Below, in pieces: positions 1 to 13,115 of a stretch of DNA of 64,000 bases. Where the stretch lies: assembly GCF_000143415.4 (NCBI RefSeq), contig NW_003314397.1, positions 278,515 through 342,514 on the forward strand. Reading direction: 5' to 3'. Numbering within the stretch: the stretch's first letter is position 1; each line of letters begins with the position of its first letter. The DNA comes from Selaginella moellendorffii. Its lineage: Eukaryota; Plantae; Lycopodiophyta. Below the pieces are notes generated by a model. It saw only the letters and a program-made list of their open reading frames with translations, did no database searches and was not told the origin of the DNA. Made by a program: the position numbers and the translations under genes.

Positions 1-44
1 CACAATGTCCTCAAGATCTTTGTTCTAGTAGAGAAAGAGCATAC

Positions 45-485
45 CTTGTAGACTGGACGATTTCCAGATGGAGACACGGGCCCTATAAACTTCTTGCCAG
101 GCAATGCCAGCAGCAAAAACGCTTCAAACAATCCAAACGCTGCGATGATCTTGCATGCTGTGAGCGTCGGCCTCGGCCAGATCTCCACGAGCGCCTGAAA
201 TCCCTTGGCCTGCGCGAGATCCCAGAAGCTCGACACAGCGCCATGCCCGTGCACCAGCGTGTACCATCTGATCCAGAGCGAGGATTTCATGGCCGCGAAT
301 CAATGCGAGGGGAATACTCACAGAACGATCACAAAAGGCGGGCAGAAGAGAAGCAATCCGAGCATCGAGACGTAAGTCACGGACGCCGAATGCCCCGCGA
401 CTGTGCCAAACGATGAGGCCTTGGCGCCGCCAGCGCCGCCGCCCTTGATCTTCCTGGCATCCTTTCCTCCGATCGATGACGCCAT
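45..485 (-). CDS. DWF5: 7-dehydrocholesterol (sterol delta-7) reductase, 5' part; gene continues off the left edge
   Basis: Exon 1 MASSIGG...VTYVSMLGLLLFCPPFVIVL and exon 2 WYTLVHGHG...LLALPGKKFIGPVSPSGNRPVYK match the plant DWF5 N-terminus; GT-AG boundaries near 321/268 and a donor at 44. Confidence 0.9.
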
Positions 486-628
486 AGATCCTAGCGCTAA
501 ACGAGAATAAGAAAAAACCTCAAGCACATAACATGGATCCAAATTCGAAAAAGAAAAAGTATGTCCGAACACAAAATCTCGACCGTCCGATGCTCGAGCT
601 CTGGACCGTCCGATCGGGGAGCCTTCGT

Positions 629-2528
629 CTACCTCTGGATGTAGCCTTCATCGTATTGATCCTCCTCGCCATGGATGTCGATCTCGTCCAGGAGAGCTCC
701 ATGAGACGATTTTCTCCTCCCAGGAGCGAGGAGCGATGTCTCCATCGCATCGTCGCCAGCGCTACTTCGCCTACCGCTACGCCTGCTATCGATTAAGCTG
801 GAGTTCCTGCTCTCCACGGGGCTTCTAATGTGGAGAATGGAGCCCATGGATGGCTGCCTGTTGGGAAGCGGCGGTAGCGCGGCCTTGAACAAAGCTGCCT
901 CGAAGGAATGAGGCTGCTGCTGCGGCTGCTGTGGATCGTTGGGAAAGTTTCCAAAGCCCGAGAGTGACGACTGTGGAGAGGGACGAGCTTGAGTCTTCCT
1001 CCTTCCGGCCTCGCCACTCAAAGAGCCACCTTGACTAATGAAGGACGCGCGAGAGAAGGCGGCGCTGCCGAAAGAGGCGCCGCCAAGGCCAAGAGTGGAG
1101 GCCGAGGCTGGATCGATTGTTCCAGCTCCAAACATCTTGCTGTGCCTGCGAAGCGTGTCCATCTCTTGGCCTGTGGGAACGAACGTCCGTGCTCGGTATC
1201 TCATTGGAGCCTCTTGGCTTCCATCGCTGTAGAGCACGTAGTCGTGATAAGTTGGAGCAAACTGCAAGACAAGAGCTTTGCCTTTCGATGAGAAAACAAG
1301 ACCTTGAGAATTTTTACCTGATGGAGTGTGTCGTGGACAACGTCGTTCAAGCTGAGAGCATGGCTGAGACTGGCCCAAAAACTTAAGTTCCCGGAGCCTC
1401 CGACGTTGGCTTCGGCGTACTGCTTGTATGGAAACGCGTAGACGTGCCCCATTGCCGCTATCAGCATCTCAAAGCACACCAAGAAGTTCTGGACGATCTC
1501 GGCCTCGTCTGCAGTTTTTATATATCCCATCTTCGCGACAATATAAACTCCCACTCCCTACGCAAATCGAGGAACATCACAACAATGAAACGAGAAGGGA
1601 AGGATTAAGTACCTGCCAGTACGTGAGAAAGACCACCGATTTGATGATGATAAACTTTGGCAGAGCTTTGTAAGGCCTCAAGAGATCAGCACAGGCAACG
1701 TAGAACAAAACGAGCACGTACAGCGCAACCGAGTAGGAAACGGTGTAGATGAGCGTGATGTAGAGATAGCCCGACGTGACGCTGAAGTTTCCATCGTCGT
1801 AGAGATCGAGCGAATAAAGGATGAAGGTGGCGGCGACCAGCAGCGGCTTGATGATCACAAACTGGATACCACCTTGCTTGCACCTCCGGATAAACACCCT
1901 GCAAAGCAATCACAAGCGCACTCATCAGCAAAGGAAACAACTTGTTCTTGTTTTTCTTTTGCGGTGCTGATCCTTACAGTGTTTGAGTCGTCCGAAATTG
2001 AGGAGAAGGCCAAGCACGAACCCGTCAAGGGGGATGGGATCCATGCAGCAAGTCATGAGATGCCAAGACGGCTTGAGCATTCGTCCCTGCAAGCTCTGGA
2101 CGACAGAGCCAGGCCCGCCAACCCAAGCAAGGCACAAAGAAAGAAAATTATAGATGACAAAGGCCTCGTATCTGCATAAGAGAAACACCACCAAGAACAA
2201 AGAAGGAAAAATTTCCTATTCAGTCTCGCAGAAAAGAAGAATTTTTACCCACATTTGACACACAGAATCGAAGTAGACAGCGTACTCTTGATATAAAATG
2301 CATAGAAAGGACATCAACGCGAAGATCTGGCAGCCGGGAATTTGTCGAGATTCGGAGGCAAATTGGGAAGGAGCCACTTACTGGGACCATGAAGACGATT
2401 CGCACAGTGTAGCGCTGGAATGTAGGCTCCGTGTAGTTGAACAAATGCATCACGATGTGCCATAGCGCCATAAAAATCGCGGAGAAAGAAAAGAATCCCG
2501 CCAAGCCCAGCACGGCAGATGATGCCAT
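629..2528 (-). CDS. TMEM184 / organic solute transporter Ost-alpha (DUF300, LAZ1-like) membrane protein, multi-exon
   Basis: Motifs HLFNYTEPTFQRYTVRIVFMVP, YEAFVIYNFLSLCLAWVGGPG, FIRRCKQGGIQFVIIKP, PKFIIIKSVVFLTYWQ and FAPTYHDYVLY in consecutive GT-AG exons. Confidence 0.92.
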
Positions 2529-2676
2529 CCGCCATGAACACACACAGGAACCCTAGCCCCTTCTTGCACAAGTAGCCGTTGGATCCTGTTTGGATCGGAC
2601 GGTCCGCGGAGATACGTTTTCATGTTAAGTTACTGGGAGAAAAAAATCACTGGAGAGCGAAAGCTCTTCAAAGCTT

Positions 2677-3808
2677 TCAGTCTCTCCTCAATTTCATCTG
2701 GTTATACAGCAAAAACTGGATCATCACGACTCCGTTTGTCAAAACCCCGAGAATGCTACCAACGATCACTGAAAAAAAACCAAGAAAACTTTGATGAGCG
2801 AAAATCAATCGGACAACCGAGCGAGGCTTACTGCTTGTTGGAGCACTCTCTTGAATGCTTGTGAACAGACGAACTGTGGCAAAACAAAAACAAAAGCGAT
2901 GGCTCAAAGCAAATAACAAAGTGACTACTTACCGAAACACCCAGCAAAGCTCATGAAATTGGTAAGAAAGCTAAGCTGGCCGGTGCTCTTGTTCTGGAAC
3001 AAAACCAGTAGAGTTGAGAGAAGTCATCTTAGAAGCTGCAAACCTTGTAATTCTCGAAAATTTGCGGCAATCGCGAGCAAAAGAAGATGAGATGCTGGCA
3101 AGCCTGAAAAACAAAAAGAGTTTTTGAGATGGTCTTTTGCTGTAGAACTTCTTACGTAAAGGGCCTCGAACATATTCGCATCCAGCTTTCCTGCCAACAG
3201 CATCGGAGCAATTGCACAGTATCTGTTTTTTTAATCGTTAAAGTTAGAACTCGGAACTGCGAAGGAAGAAAGGCATCTCGAAAAGGATACAATGCTGATT
3301 TTGCCCAGACGTTAAGTCCACGATTTGGAGAGTATTGGTATAAAAGTGCCACCAAGACAATCGCTGAAGAAAACCATTCGATGTGAGTGAAAAATAAAAA
3401 TCTCTTCCACGGTCACTTACTTTGAATGAGAAGAAACACTAGTTCTCCATAGGCCGAGAAGGCCAAGCCTTTGAAGAGGCAATACGCGAGAGCGATGGTA
3501 AATCCCACCACTTCCAACTCAAAGGATGGAATGCTCAGCCCCTGGATGCTCTTGTTCTTCATAATCACGTGAATCTGAGGAGTTCCAATCCAACGGATAG
3601 TCAATGCAATCGAGCTAGCTCGAATCGAAGAGATGGATTTTAGTTCATACGCTACCTGTGGAACCTTGACGATCGTGGAAGCAAGGATGATGCAGTAGCC
3701 CAGGACCTTGGAGAGGAGCGGGAGAATGCACTCCTTGGCGGGCAGTTGGGCGTTGCCGAGCGCATTGAGCGCGCAGCCAAAATCCATGCCTGCGAATTCG
3801 AGCTCCAT
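2677..3808 (-). CDS. MPDU1: Mannose-P-dolichol utilization defect 1 homolog (PQ-loop protein)
   Basis: LSKVLGYCIILASTIVKVPQI, GLSIPSFELEVVGFTIALAYC, a second PQ loop PQIFENYK...TGQLSFLT and RLFTSIQE; contains a U12-type intron at 3223-3290. Confidence 0.92.
3223..3290 (-). other. U12-type (minor spliceosome) GT-AG intron, 68 nt, in MPDU1
   Basis: 5' splice site GTATCCTTTT, branch-like TTCTAACTTTAAC just upstream of an A-rich AAAAAAACAG with no pyrimidine tract; splicing gives ...KSAL|YCAIAP... in frame. Confidence 0.85.
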
Positions 3809-3883
3809 CGGAAGATCAAGCGCCCAGCCCCAGCTCCATCGCCCTAAAAAGAAGATCTACAAGCAACGCTTGACCTGACGATA

Positions 3884-3977
3884 CACGTGGCGTCTCGAGA
3901 CTGGCGGAGGTTTTCTCATGGCATTAATACATTGTCGGCATTTTTTGCTATGTACGGCCTCGTATATACTATATAAA
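3884..3977. promoter_or_regulatory. Short bidirectional promoter between MPDU1 and NTRC with G-box/ABRE (CACGTGGC) and TATA box (TATATAAA)
   Basis: CACGTG at 3884-3889 and TATATAAA at 3970-3977, about 70 nt upstream of the NTRC ATG; 239 bp between the divergent start codons. Confidence 0.5.
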
Positions 3978-4047
3978 GCCAGAGGGTACGGTAGTGGCCC
4001 CCCACTTAGTTTCATTCTTTCATTCTAGAGCCTCCTTCCTCCCCTCC

Positions 4048-6307
<2,260 letters not shown>

Positions 6308-6478
6308 GTAGCTCATATTTTTCGTGGATCGATTTTGTTCCATCCACTGAGCCAAATTCTCTATCGGGGTTGTTTTATATAAGCGAATAATCATTCACAA
6401 CAACTAAAAGATACCATGTTTGAAACAAGCATATACCACGTTAGAGCGAGCTTTGAATCGCTGGAGGAGCTCGAGTAC

Positions 6479-7480
6479 TTAGGGCCCGATGTAGCGGCTG
6501 ACAAAGAAGAGGAATCCATAGGTGACGAGCATGGCCGCCCATCCGCCCAGCGTGACCCGGAGCGCCGCCTTGCCCATGGCGGCTCCGCCCAGCCGCGCGC
6601 CCAGCGCCCCGAACGCCGCCAGCGCCGCCGTGGACGACACCAGCAGCGCCGTGAGGCGGTACTTGTAAGTCCCCACAAACGCGCCCGCCAGCAGCGGCAC
6701 CGCGCCGCCCACCGAGAAGGCCAGCGCCGACGCCGTGGCGGCCTGCATTGGATTGGACAGGCCGTCCAGATCGATCCCCAGCTCGTCCCGCGCGTGAGCT
6801 TTGAGCGCTCCATCGGCGTGGCTCGACAGCTCCTCCGCGACTTGCTTGGCCAGGTAGTAGCTCAGCCCGCGGCTCACGTAGATCTGCGCCAGCTCTTCCA
6901 GCTCTCGCTCCGGCCCGGCCATGTGTTCTTGCTTCTCCTTCTCCAGATCGGCCAGCTCGGTGTCGCGCTGCGAGTAGACCGACACGAACTCGCCGATCGC
7001 CATGCTGCAAGCTCCCGCGATGAGCCCCGCGATGCCCGAGAGGAGCGAAGCTTTGACGTCGTACTTCACTGCGCTCACGCCAACCATGATGGAGGCGACG
7101 GAGATGAGGCCATCGTTTGCTCCTAGCACCATTGCTCGCAGCCATGGCGAGCGCTGCGAGTAGTGTGTGTCGTGGCCGTCTTCCTCCGGGCGGAGTGGAT
7201 CGCCCGAGCTCGAGTGGAGCAGGATTGGAAGCCCCGGAACTCCCCCGCCTCCTCCTCCTGGAACTCCTGGAGCTGCCGCTACTGCCGCTAGTGCTTGGTG
7301 GTGGGAGAGTGACGAGAGTGAGAGTGTGTGAGACTGGGAGGCGTGAGACTGTGGCGTGGGAGGCTGCGAGTCGAGCGTGCAAAGTGAGAGGTGATGCTCT
7401 GCTGCTGCTACCATCGCCATCCCCGTGGTGGTGGTGGTGGTGGTGGTGGTGGTGGAATGATGATCTCCTCCTCTAACCAT
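6479..7480 (-). CDS. Vacuolar iron transporter homolog (VIT1/CCC1, nodulin-21-like), intronless
   Basis: YSQRSPWLRAMVLGANDGLISVAS, GACSMAIGEFVSVYSQRD, ELEELAQIYVSRGL and NPMQAATASALAF; long His/Thr/Gly-rich N-terminal extension. Confidence 0.93.
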   Translation of the reverse strand: MVRGGDHHSTTTTTTTTTTGMAMVAAAEHHLSLCTLDSQPPTPQSHASQSHTLSLSSLSHHQALAAVAAAPGVPGGGGGGVPGLPILLHSSSGDPLRPEEDGHDTHYSQRSPWLRAMVLGANDGLISVASIMVGVSAVKYDVKASLLSGIAGLIAGACSMAIGEFVSVYSQRDTELADLEKEKQEHMAGPERELEELAQIYVSRGLSYYLAKQVAEELSSHADGALKAHARDELGIDLDGLSNPMQAATASALAFSVGGAVPLLAGAFVGTYKYRLTALLVSSTAALAAFGALGARLGGAAMGKAALRVTLGGWAAMLVTYGFLFFVSRYIGP

Positions 7481-8578
7481 CTTTCTTCTCTTTCACAGAG
7501 CTTGGAGCTATAGCAAAGCGATGGATTTGGAGGAGCAAAGCGTCGTCGTGCGAGGGCATGAGGAATTGGAAAAGCTGCTGCACAAGATATATACCATGTC
7601 GGTAAGTGTCCAGAGTCACTGTCTTTGCATTCCCCGCTTACTTCTCTCTTTGGTCCCGCAGAGCAGTGGAGAAGGATGGCGTGACGAGGAGAAGGGGAGC
7701 AAGAAGAAGAATAATGGAGTAAAAAAGCTCCAAGGTGGTGGTGCTGCTGGTGGTGGTCACGCTCGCAATCGTAACGACGACATTGTCAGCAAAATTCTGT
7801 GCTCTCAGATGCTACTTGTGGCGATGCTGCTGCCCGATGCTCGATGCTCGCTGCTGTGCGTGTTTCTTTTCGAGGATTGCCGGCGGTCAAGCAGCAGTTG
7901 GGAAAAGTAAGTTGGCATTCTCTTTGTGTGGGTGTACTAATGTTCTCCAGATTCTTGCTTGCACTACCCGTTCACAGTTGGAAAACACCTCCGCGGCAGG
8001 AATCAATGGAGGCTTGCGTCTCGGGAATCCAAAATCATTTGCGAGAGGAACAGGTGGGAGAACAGGACAGCGGCCTCTCATACAGAGGAGAAGAACAGGG
8101 AAGTTTTTGGAGCAAGAGTAAAAAAACAGGGAAGAAAGAAGGAAGAAGCGCCAATCTTCCTCGACAAAGGGAGAGAAGGAAGAACAAGGAAGGAAGAAAA
8201 TTTGGGAACGCAAGGAAGAAAGCGTAACGGATCACAGTAAAGGTCCGACGGTCGAGACGCGGCCAAGTCGGCGGGCGGACGTTGTAGTTGGAAACCAACG
8301 ATCCAGATTGGAAGCCGGTTGGTAAGAGGCGTTAAGCGGACGAGAAAGAATCAAGGGACACCACCTCCACTACACACTATTGGGATAAGAAGATTAGTCC
8401 AATACAATCAAGGAAGAAAGCATCAATCCACCAAAACTTTATAAACAAGAAAAAAATAAGCTCGGTTGAGTGGGAAGAGGCATCAAATCTTCGCATAAAT
8501 CGAGAGTGTGGGAGGAGATATGATAGGAAGAAGCTCGAGGTAAGCTTTTATTGTCTCTCTCTTCTTTGCTCTTGTTCT

Positions 8579-10227
8579 TCAATCAGCTGAGTTCTGCAGG
8601 GCTCCATCACTCTGGACGCGGTGAATACTTTTGAGCTGAGCCATCTTGGAGTCTCGGAGTTGCTGCTGCTCGTGATGGTGATGGTGATGGTGCTGATGCT
8701 GGCCTCCTCGATTTCCAACTCGCAGAGCGGTGCTCGAGGTGGAAGCGCTGCTGCTCCTCTTGCTCGAGGACGCGTTGTGGTGAGGAGAGTGCCTGGAGCT
8801 CCCGGCGGCGAATGATCTCGCCACAGCGTCCCTGTTGGAGATGCCCCCCTTGATGGGCTGCTTGTTGAGGAAGATGAGATTTGGAGCGAGGCCAGTGACG
8901 AATCTCTTGAGCTGTTCTTCGCCAACATTAACGAGCACTGGATTTCCAACCAGGTTGATGGCCACGAGGGACGTGTAAGCCGCGGCAATCTGGCCCAAGG
9001 ATTTTGTGGAGGCGAGGCGGTTGAAGCTGAGGTCCAGGCACGAGAGCTTCGTCAGCCTGTGGAGGCCTTCCACTTCGTTGATCTTGTTGCAAGCCAGGTA
9101 AAGCTCGCGTATGGAGGTACAGTTTGCCAGTCCTGGAAGATCAAGGTGAGAAGAGATGAGAAGCTCCAAGCTAACTAACGTGTTACCTTGTCCGATTCGC
9201 AGGATCCTGTTGTACGAGAGGTTTAACGAGCGTAGCTTGGTGAGCTCCCGGAGTCCTTCGATGACAGTGATTTTGTTCCTCGAGAGGTCGAGAGAATGCA
9301 AACCTTTGGGAAGAACTCCTGGAGTGATCCTCACTGCAAAGGAACTTAGCAATTGCGAGGTGAGTTTCGAGCTTACCGATAGCGTTGGCCGAGAGCTTGA
9401 GTGTTTTCAAATGAGAGAAGGTGGACAGGCACGGTATGAGAGTGAGGCCGATGCCACTGAAATGAGCTGTTGTCGAGTGGAAATCCAGTGAGCGAGCCAC
9501 CGAGTTTGCGAGCTCTACGTCCCTGCTGCTGTGGTTGCTGCTGCGAGCAGCGTGATTCGTCGCCGACGTCTCCCCAACCGGGAGCTCGATCAATGGCTCG
9601 GTTGACGATGTGTCGATGCTCTTCACCCATTCTTCCACTCGGTCCTGCGTAGTGAACATCGCGGTGGTGTTGGAGTGGAAGTCACTAGATTGGAGAACGA
9701 CTCTTGTTCTCTGTTGATCATCTTCATCGTCGCCAAGCTGATCATCTTCGTTGTGATCGTCGTCGCCAGGCTGCTTACGTTCTTCTGGATCCTCCGGAAG
9801 AGCAAGAGCAAGATTGGCTCTAGCATCGTCAGTCGCGTCGTTGATGTTGATGGCGATGGCGTTGGTGTTGGTGGCATCAATAACCTCCTCCGACGTAGCA
9901 GAGCTCTCGGTAAAGTCGCGTCCATACAGTCCCGGGTCACTGAAAACGTCGCCAACTTCTAGAGCCACTTGTTCTTCGTGTGCCGCGTGTTCGAAGGAAC
10001 TTTGCGTGTCCCCTTGGATCGCCTGGAGCTCTACGTCCGGGGACGTGATTGCTGGCGCAGCTTGCGACGCTGGAGTCGTGGAAACAGTGAAAGACTCGTC
10101 ACCTTCTGGAAGTTCGAGCTGAAAGAACAAAACAGCGAAGAATGAGCCAAGCAAAGGTCTAGACTTTTCGTACCTTTATCTTGTTCGCCTTGCGGCTAAA
10201 AACTGGCAAGCAAAAGACCTTCCCCAT
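8579..10227 (-). CDS. Leucine-rich-repeat protein (SDS22-like LRRs; outer-arm-dynein-light-chain-1/MASP1-like plant family)
   Basis: LHSLDLSRNKITVIEGLRELTKLRSLNLSYNRILRIG and ELYLACNKINEVEGLHRL; RVEEWVKSID motif; first exon MGKVFCLPVFSRKANKIK; spliced. Confidence 0.85.
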
Positions 10228-12619
10228 GATCGATCAAAGATGAAAGCTATGAAAACTAGAAAGAAACTAAGGGAAAAAAAAAAGGGAACTACGAAGAACC
10301 TCGCCGAAAAGGCTACATTTGAGTTGCAACTTGGAGCGCCACCAGTTGGATGCTATTAGCCGTAATCCACAGAGACTCCCTGGACCATGCGACACGCCCT
10401 CCAAATCTGCGACTCGCTCGCTCCCTTGTTACACGCCGCCGCCGCCACCACCAAAGATGGTTGCTCGAGAAGTCTCGCTTCTCGCTCCCTCAAGAGCTGT
10501 GGCGTGGAGCTCCGAGACACTGGGACTAGAAAAGTGGCCAGAGTGAAGGGATTGATGGGCTTTTGCTGTGAGAAAGAAGATCTATCTGTCTAAGCAATGA
10601 CCCAATGGCGGCGATCCCTTTCCAGTCTCACCACAAGGAAGAACCAACCGGAGCCAGAGAGAAAAAAGAAAAGTCCGATGCGCTGTGTAGCGCCGCTTCC
10701 TCCAACCCTACAGCCCACCGTCGTGCTTCTTGGGTCCTACGCGCTTATAAAAATGGAGGGCAAAAATTTTTTTTCTTCCTCTTCTTCTCCTTTCTTTGTT
10801 TCTCTTGCATCACTGGAATCTGTGACTCCAAGCGTTTTGGCTTTCCTTTGTTGGGTGGTGCCTCTCTTGTCCTTTTCTCTATAACTGCCTTTGGCCACCA
10901 CTTATTTTGCTTTGGATCAAATCCCGGGAGTGGTGAATCGAAGGACGCGTCGAGAGCTCTAAATTCTCTTGGTCTGGGGGGGGCTGCTGACTTGCATTTC
11001 TTCTGGGAAAAGCTTGTTTCTTCCAGCAGCCTCTAGAAAAGACAAAAATGATCTACGTGTAGAAACTAGCCTACCTGATGAGATGGAGAAAGCACTTACA
11101 AGTGTGTCCGGTGGAGCAAATCTTTACTTGGAGGATCCATCATTCAGTCCACTCGCAGGACTAAAGTCCACTCTCGCCTGAGACTCAGCCGCGTGGTGAA
11201 GCTCGTGTCTCGGGAGACAAACACAGTGCTTACCTCGTGCTGCTCCCATTGCCAAATCGAGAAAACGATACGTCAGTCTCATGCTCACACATGAAAGATC
11301 GATAGATCATAAGATTGGCTGTATGGATTCAGAAAAAGGGAAACTCATCCTTGTGACGTGTAACTTCCACGGGATAACAATAGACTTTGCGTCGTTCTCT
11401 CGTTGGATTTGACCAACATTTGGGAGAACTCCACAAGTTTCATGGGGTGGGGACTTCCGGTTATGAGAGAAAAGTTGAAAAAATGAAGAGGGAAATGGAA
11501 TGTGAATCTCTCTTTCCACAAGCTCAAATGCCCTCCATTCTACTCAAGGATAGTCCATACAAGAAAGAAACAAAGACTTTCCCTTCCATTCCAGTATGGA
11601 CACTCGCAAGCACGGAGGCAATCGTCTGGAGAAGAACAGAGTCCAAGTCTGCGTGTACTTGTTTCATTGAGCGTTTGTTTTGTGGAGGTGATCAACTCCT
11701 GAAGCTCAAGACGATACCATCCGGCTAATCGATCAGGCAGAGAGGATGTGAAACGTACTGGAGCATTCAATCCGGTACTTTAGGTTTATCTATGGATTGG
11801 AGTTTGAGAGTTTTGTCTTGTGGGACGTCCAGGGTGCTCATAAGGGCTTGATTGCAACTTGTGCAATGGCCCACAAGACAAAATCACTTTTAACAGCCAC
11901 ATTACACTCCAAAAAATTCAGGTTTGAGCACACACAAGTGTCATGCACACACAAATCTTGTCGTAATGGATAACCTACGTCCAATGGCAAGCAACTGTGG
12001 TTAGGGTATGGATCCATCACTGCTCCTTGAGCTTGCCACACTTAGCATTGCCGCATGATGAGTCAATCAATGGGCTGTGATTGATCAATGGGTTTAGCGA
12101 TTGATTGATCGATCACACCCAGCCTATTGATTGATTAAAGGGCCACATAACATTAATCAACAATCCAGGGTGAGTTAGTATGGGCAAATTAATGGATCCT
12201 TCAAAGCAATAAAGCATTTATACATTTGCACAAAGACTTTACATACATTTGTGAACTGTTGAGGTTACTCACCACCTTGATTTGTAGGTTAAAGTTACAA
12301 AAATTTGGTCCTAAGTCCTCTTTTCCTTACTTATAAGCAAGTTTTCATAGATCATCATGCTCATAAGGGGGCTAGCATCTCATGGAAAATGTCACATAGT
12401 GCCTCTACCTCCTCACTTAGAACTAGTAAGTCACAAGGAGCCACTGTCATATGGCACCTCCACCTCCTCACTTGTAACCATTACATAGTGAGGAGCATTC
12501 CCCTCGCTAGCTAAAGCATCCTCCTCATCATATGGAGCCACTAGCTCGCTGGCTGAGGGAACCTCAACTAAAGCCTCCTCCACCATCACCTTGGGCCCAT
12601 ATGAAGTGCTTTGTAAAGA

Positions 12620-13115
12620 AAAAATTCCAAAAAGAAACAAAGGATATCTACTAAACTTACATGTCATAAATGAATATTACACCATTCGTAATGATACAAA
12701 CTCCATTAGGTACAGTATCTTGCGCTTGTAGAATTGCTTTCTTTGCAATTCTTTTGCAACACTGCAATCTCCATGATAGTAGAATGCTCTTCTGCCACTC
12801 CCTCTTCACCTTTCCTCTATAGCTCTACTTGTGTTGCTCTCCTCATGACTTGTAATGGAGGAGGAGAAAAAAAAATCTAAAAAGAAACAAAGGATATCTA
12901 TTAAGTATAGATGATCATTGCATCATTCGTAGCAATATAAACCTTGTCAAGTGTGGCATCTTGCACTTGTAGAGTTGCTTTCTCTACATTCTTAGGATCC
13001 AACACTACTTTTTCTACAATCTCCTCAACAATAGGATGCTCTTCTGCCACTCCCTTTTCACCTTCCTCCATAGCATTATCCTCTACTTATGTTGTTGGCT
13101 CCACAATTTGCAATA
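12620..13115 (-). repeat. Two diverged tandem copies (~250 bp) of an intron+exon-like unit encoding Glu-rich GEEGVAEEH relics; degraded gene or TE
   Basis: AAAAGAAACAAAGGATATCTA and TGCTCTTCTGCCACTCCC each occur twice about 250 bp apart; frames are interrupted by stops. Confidence 0.55.

Noticed and set aside
6391-7382. Overlapping ORFs of 140-313 aa around the VIT-like gene
   Set aside because: Shadow frames of a GC-rich intronless CDS.
7521-8298. Several 90-140 aa ORFs upstream of the VIT-like gene
   Set aside because: Low-complexity and no recognisable motifs; probably UTR/promoter sequence. A uORF cannot be excluded.
10319-11770. Short ORFs and splice-like signals upstream of the LRR gene
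   Set aside because: Could not assemble a coherent protein or assign a family.
12640-12900. ATATCCTTT motifs (minus strand) as U12 AT-AC donors
   Set aside because: They lie within a degraded duplicated unit, one just inside a GTAAGT donor, with no intact host gene.
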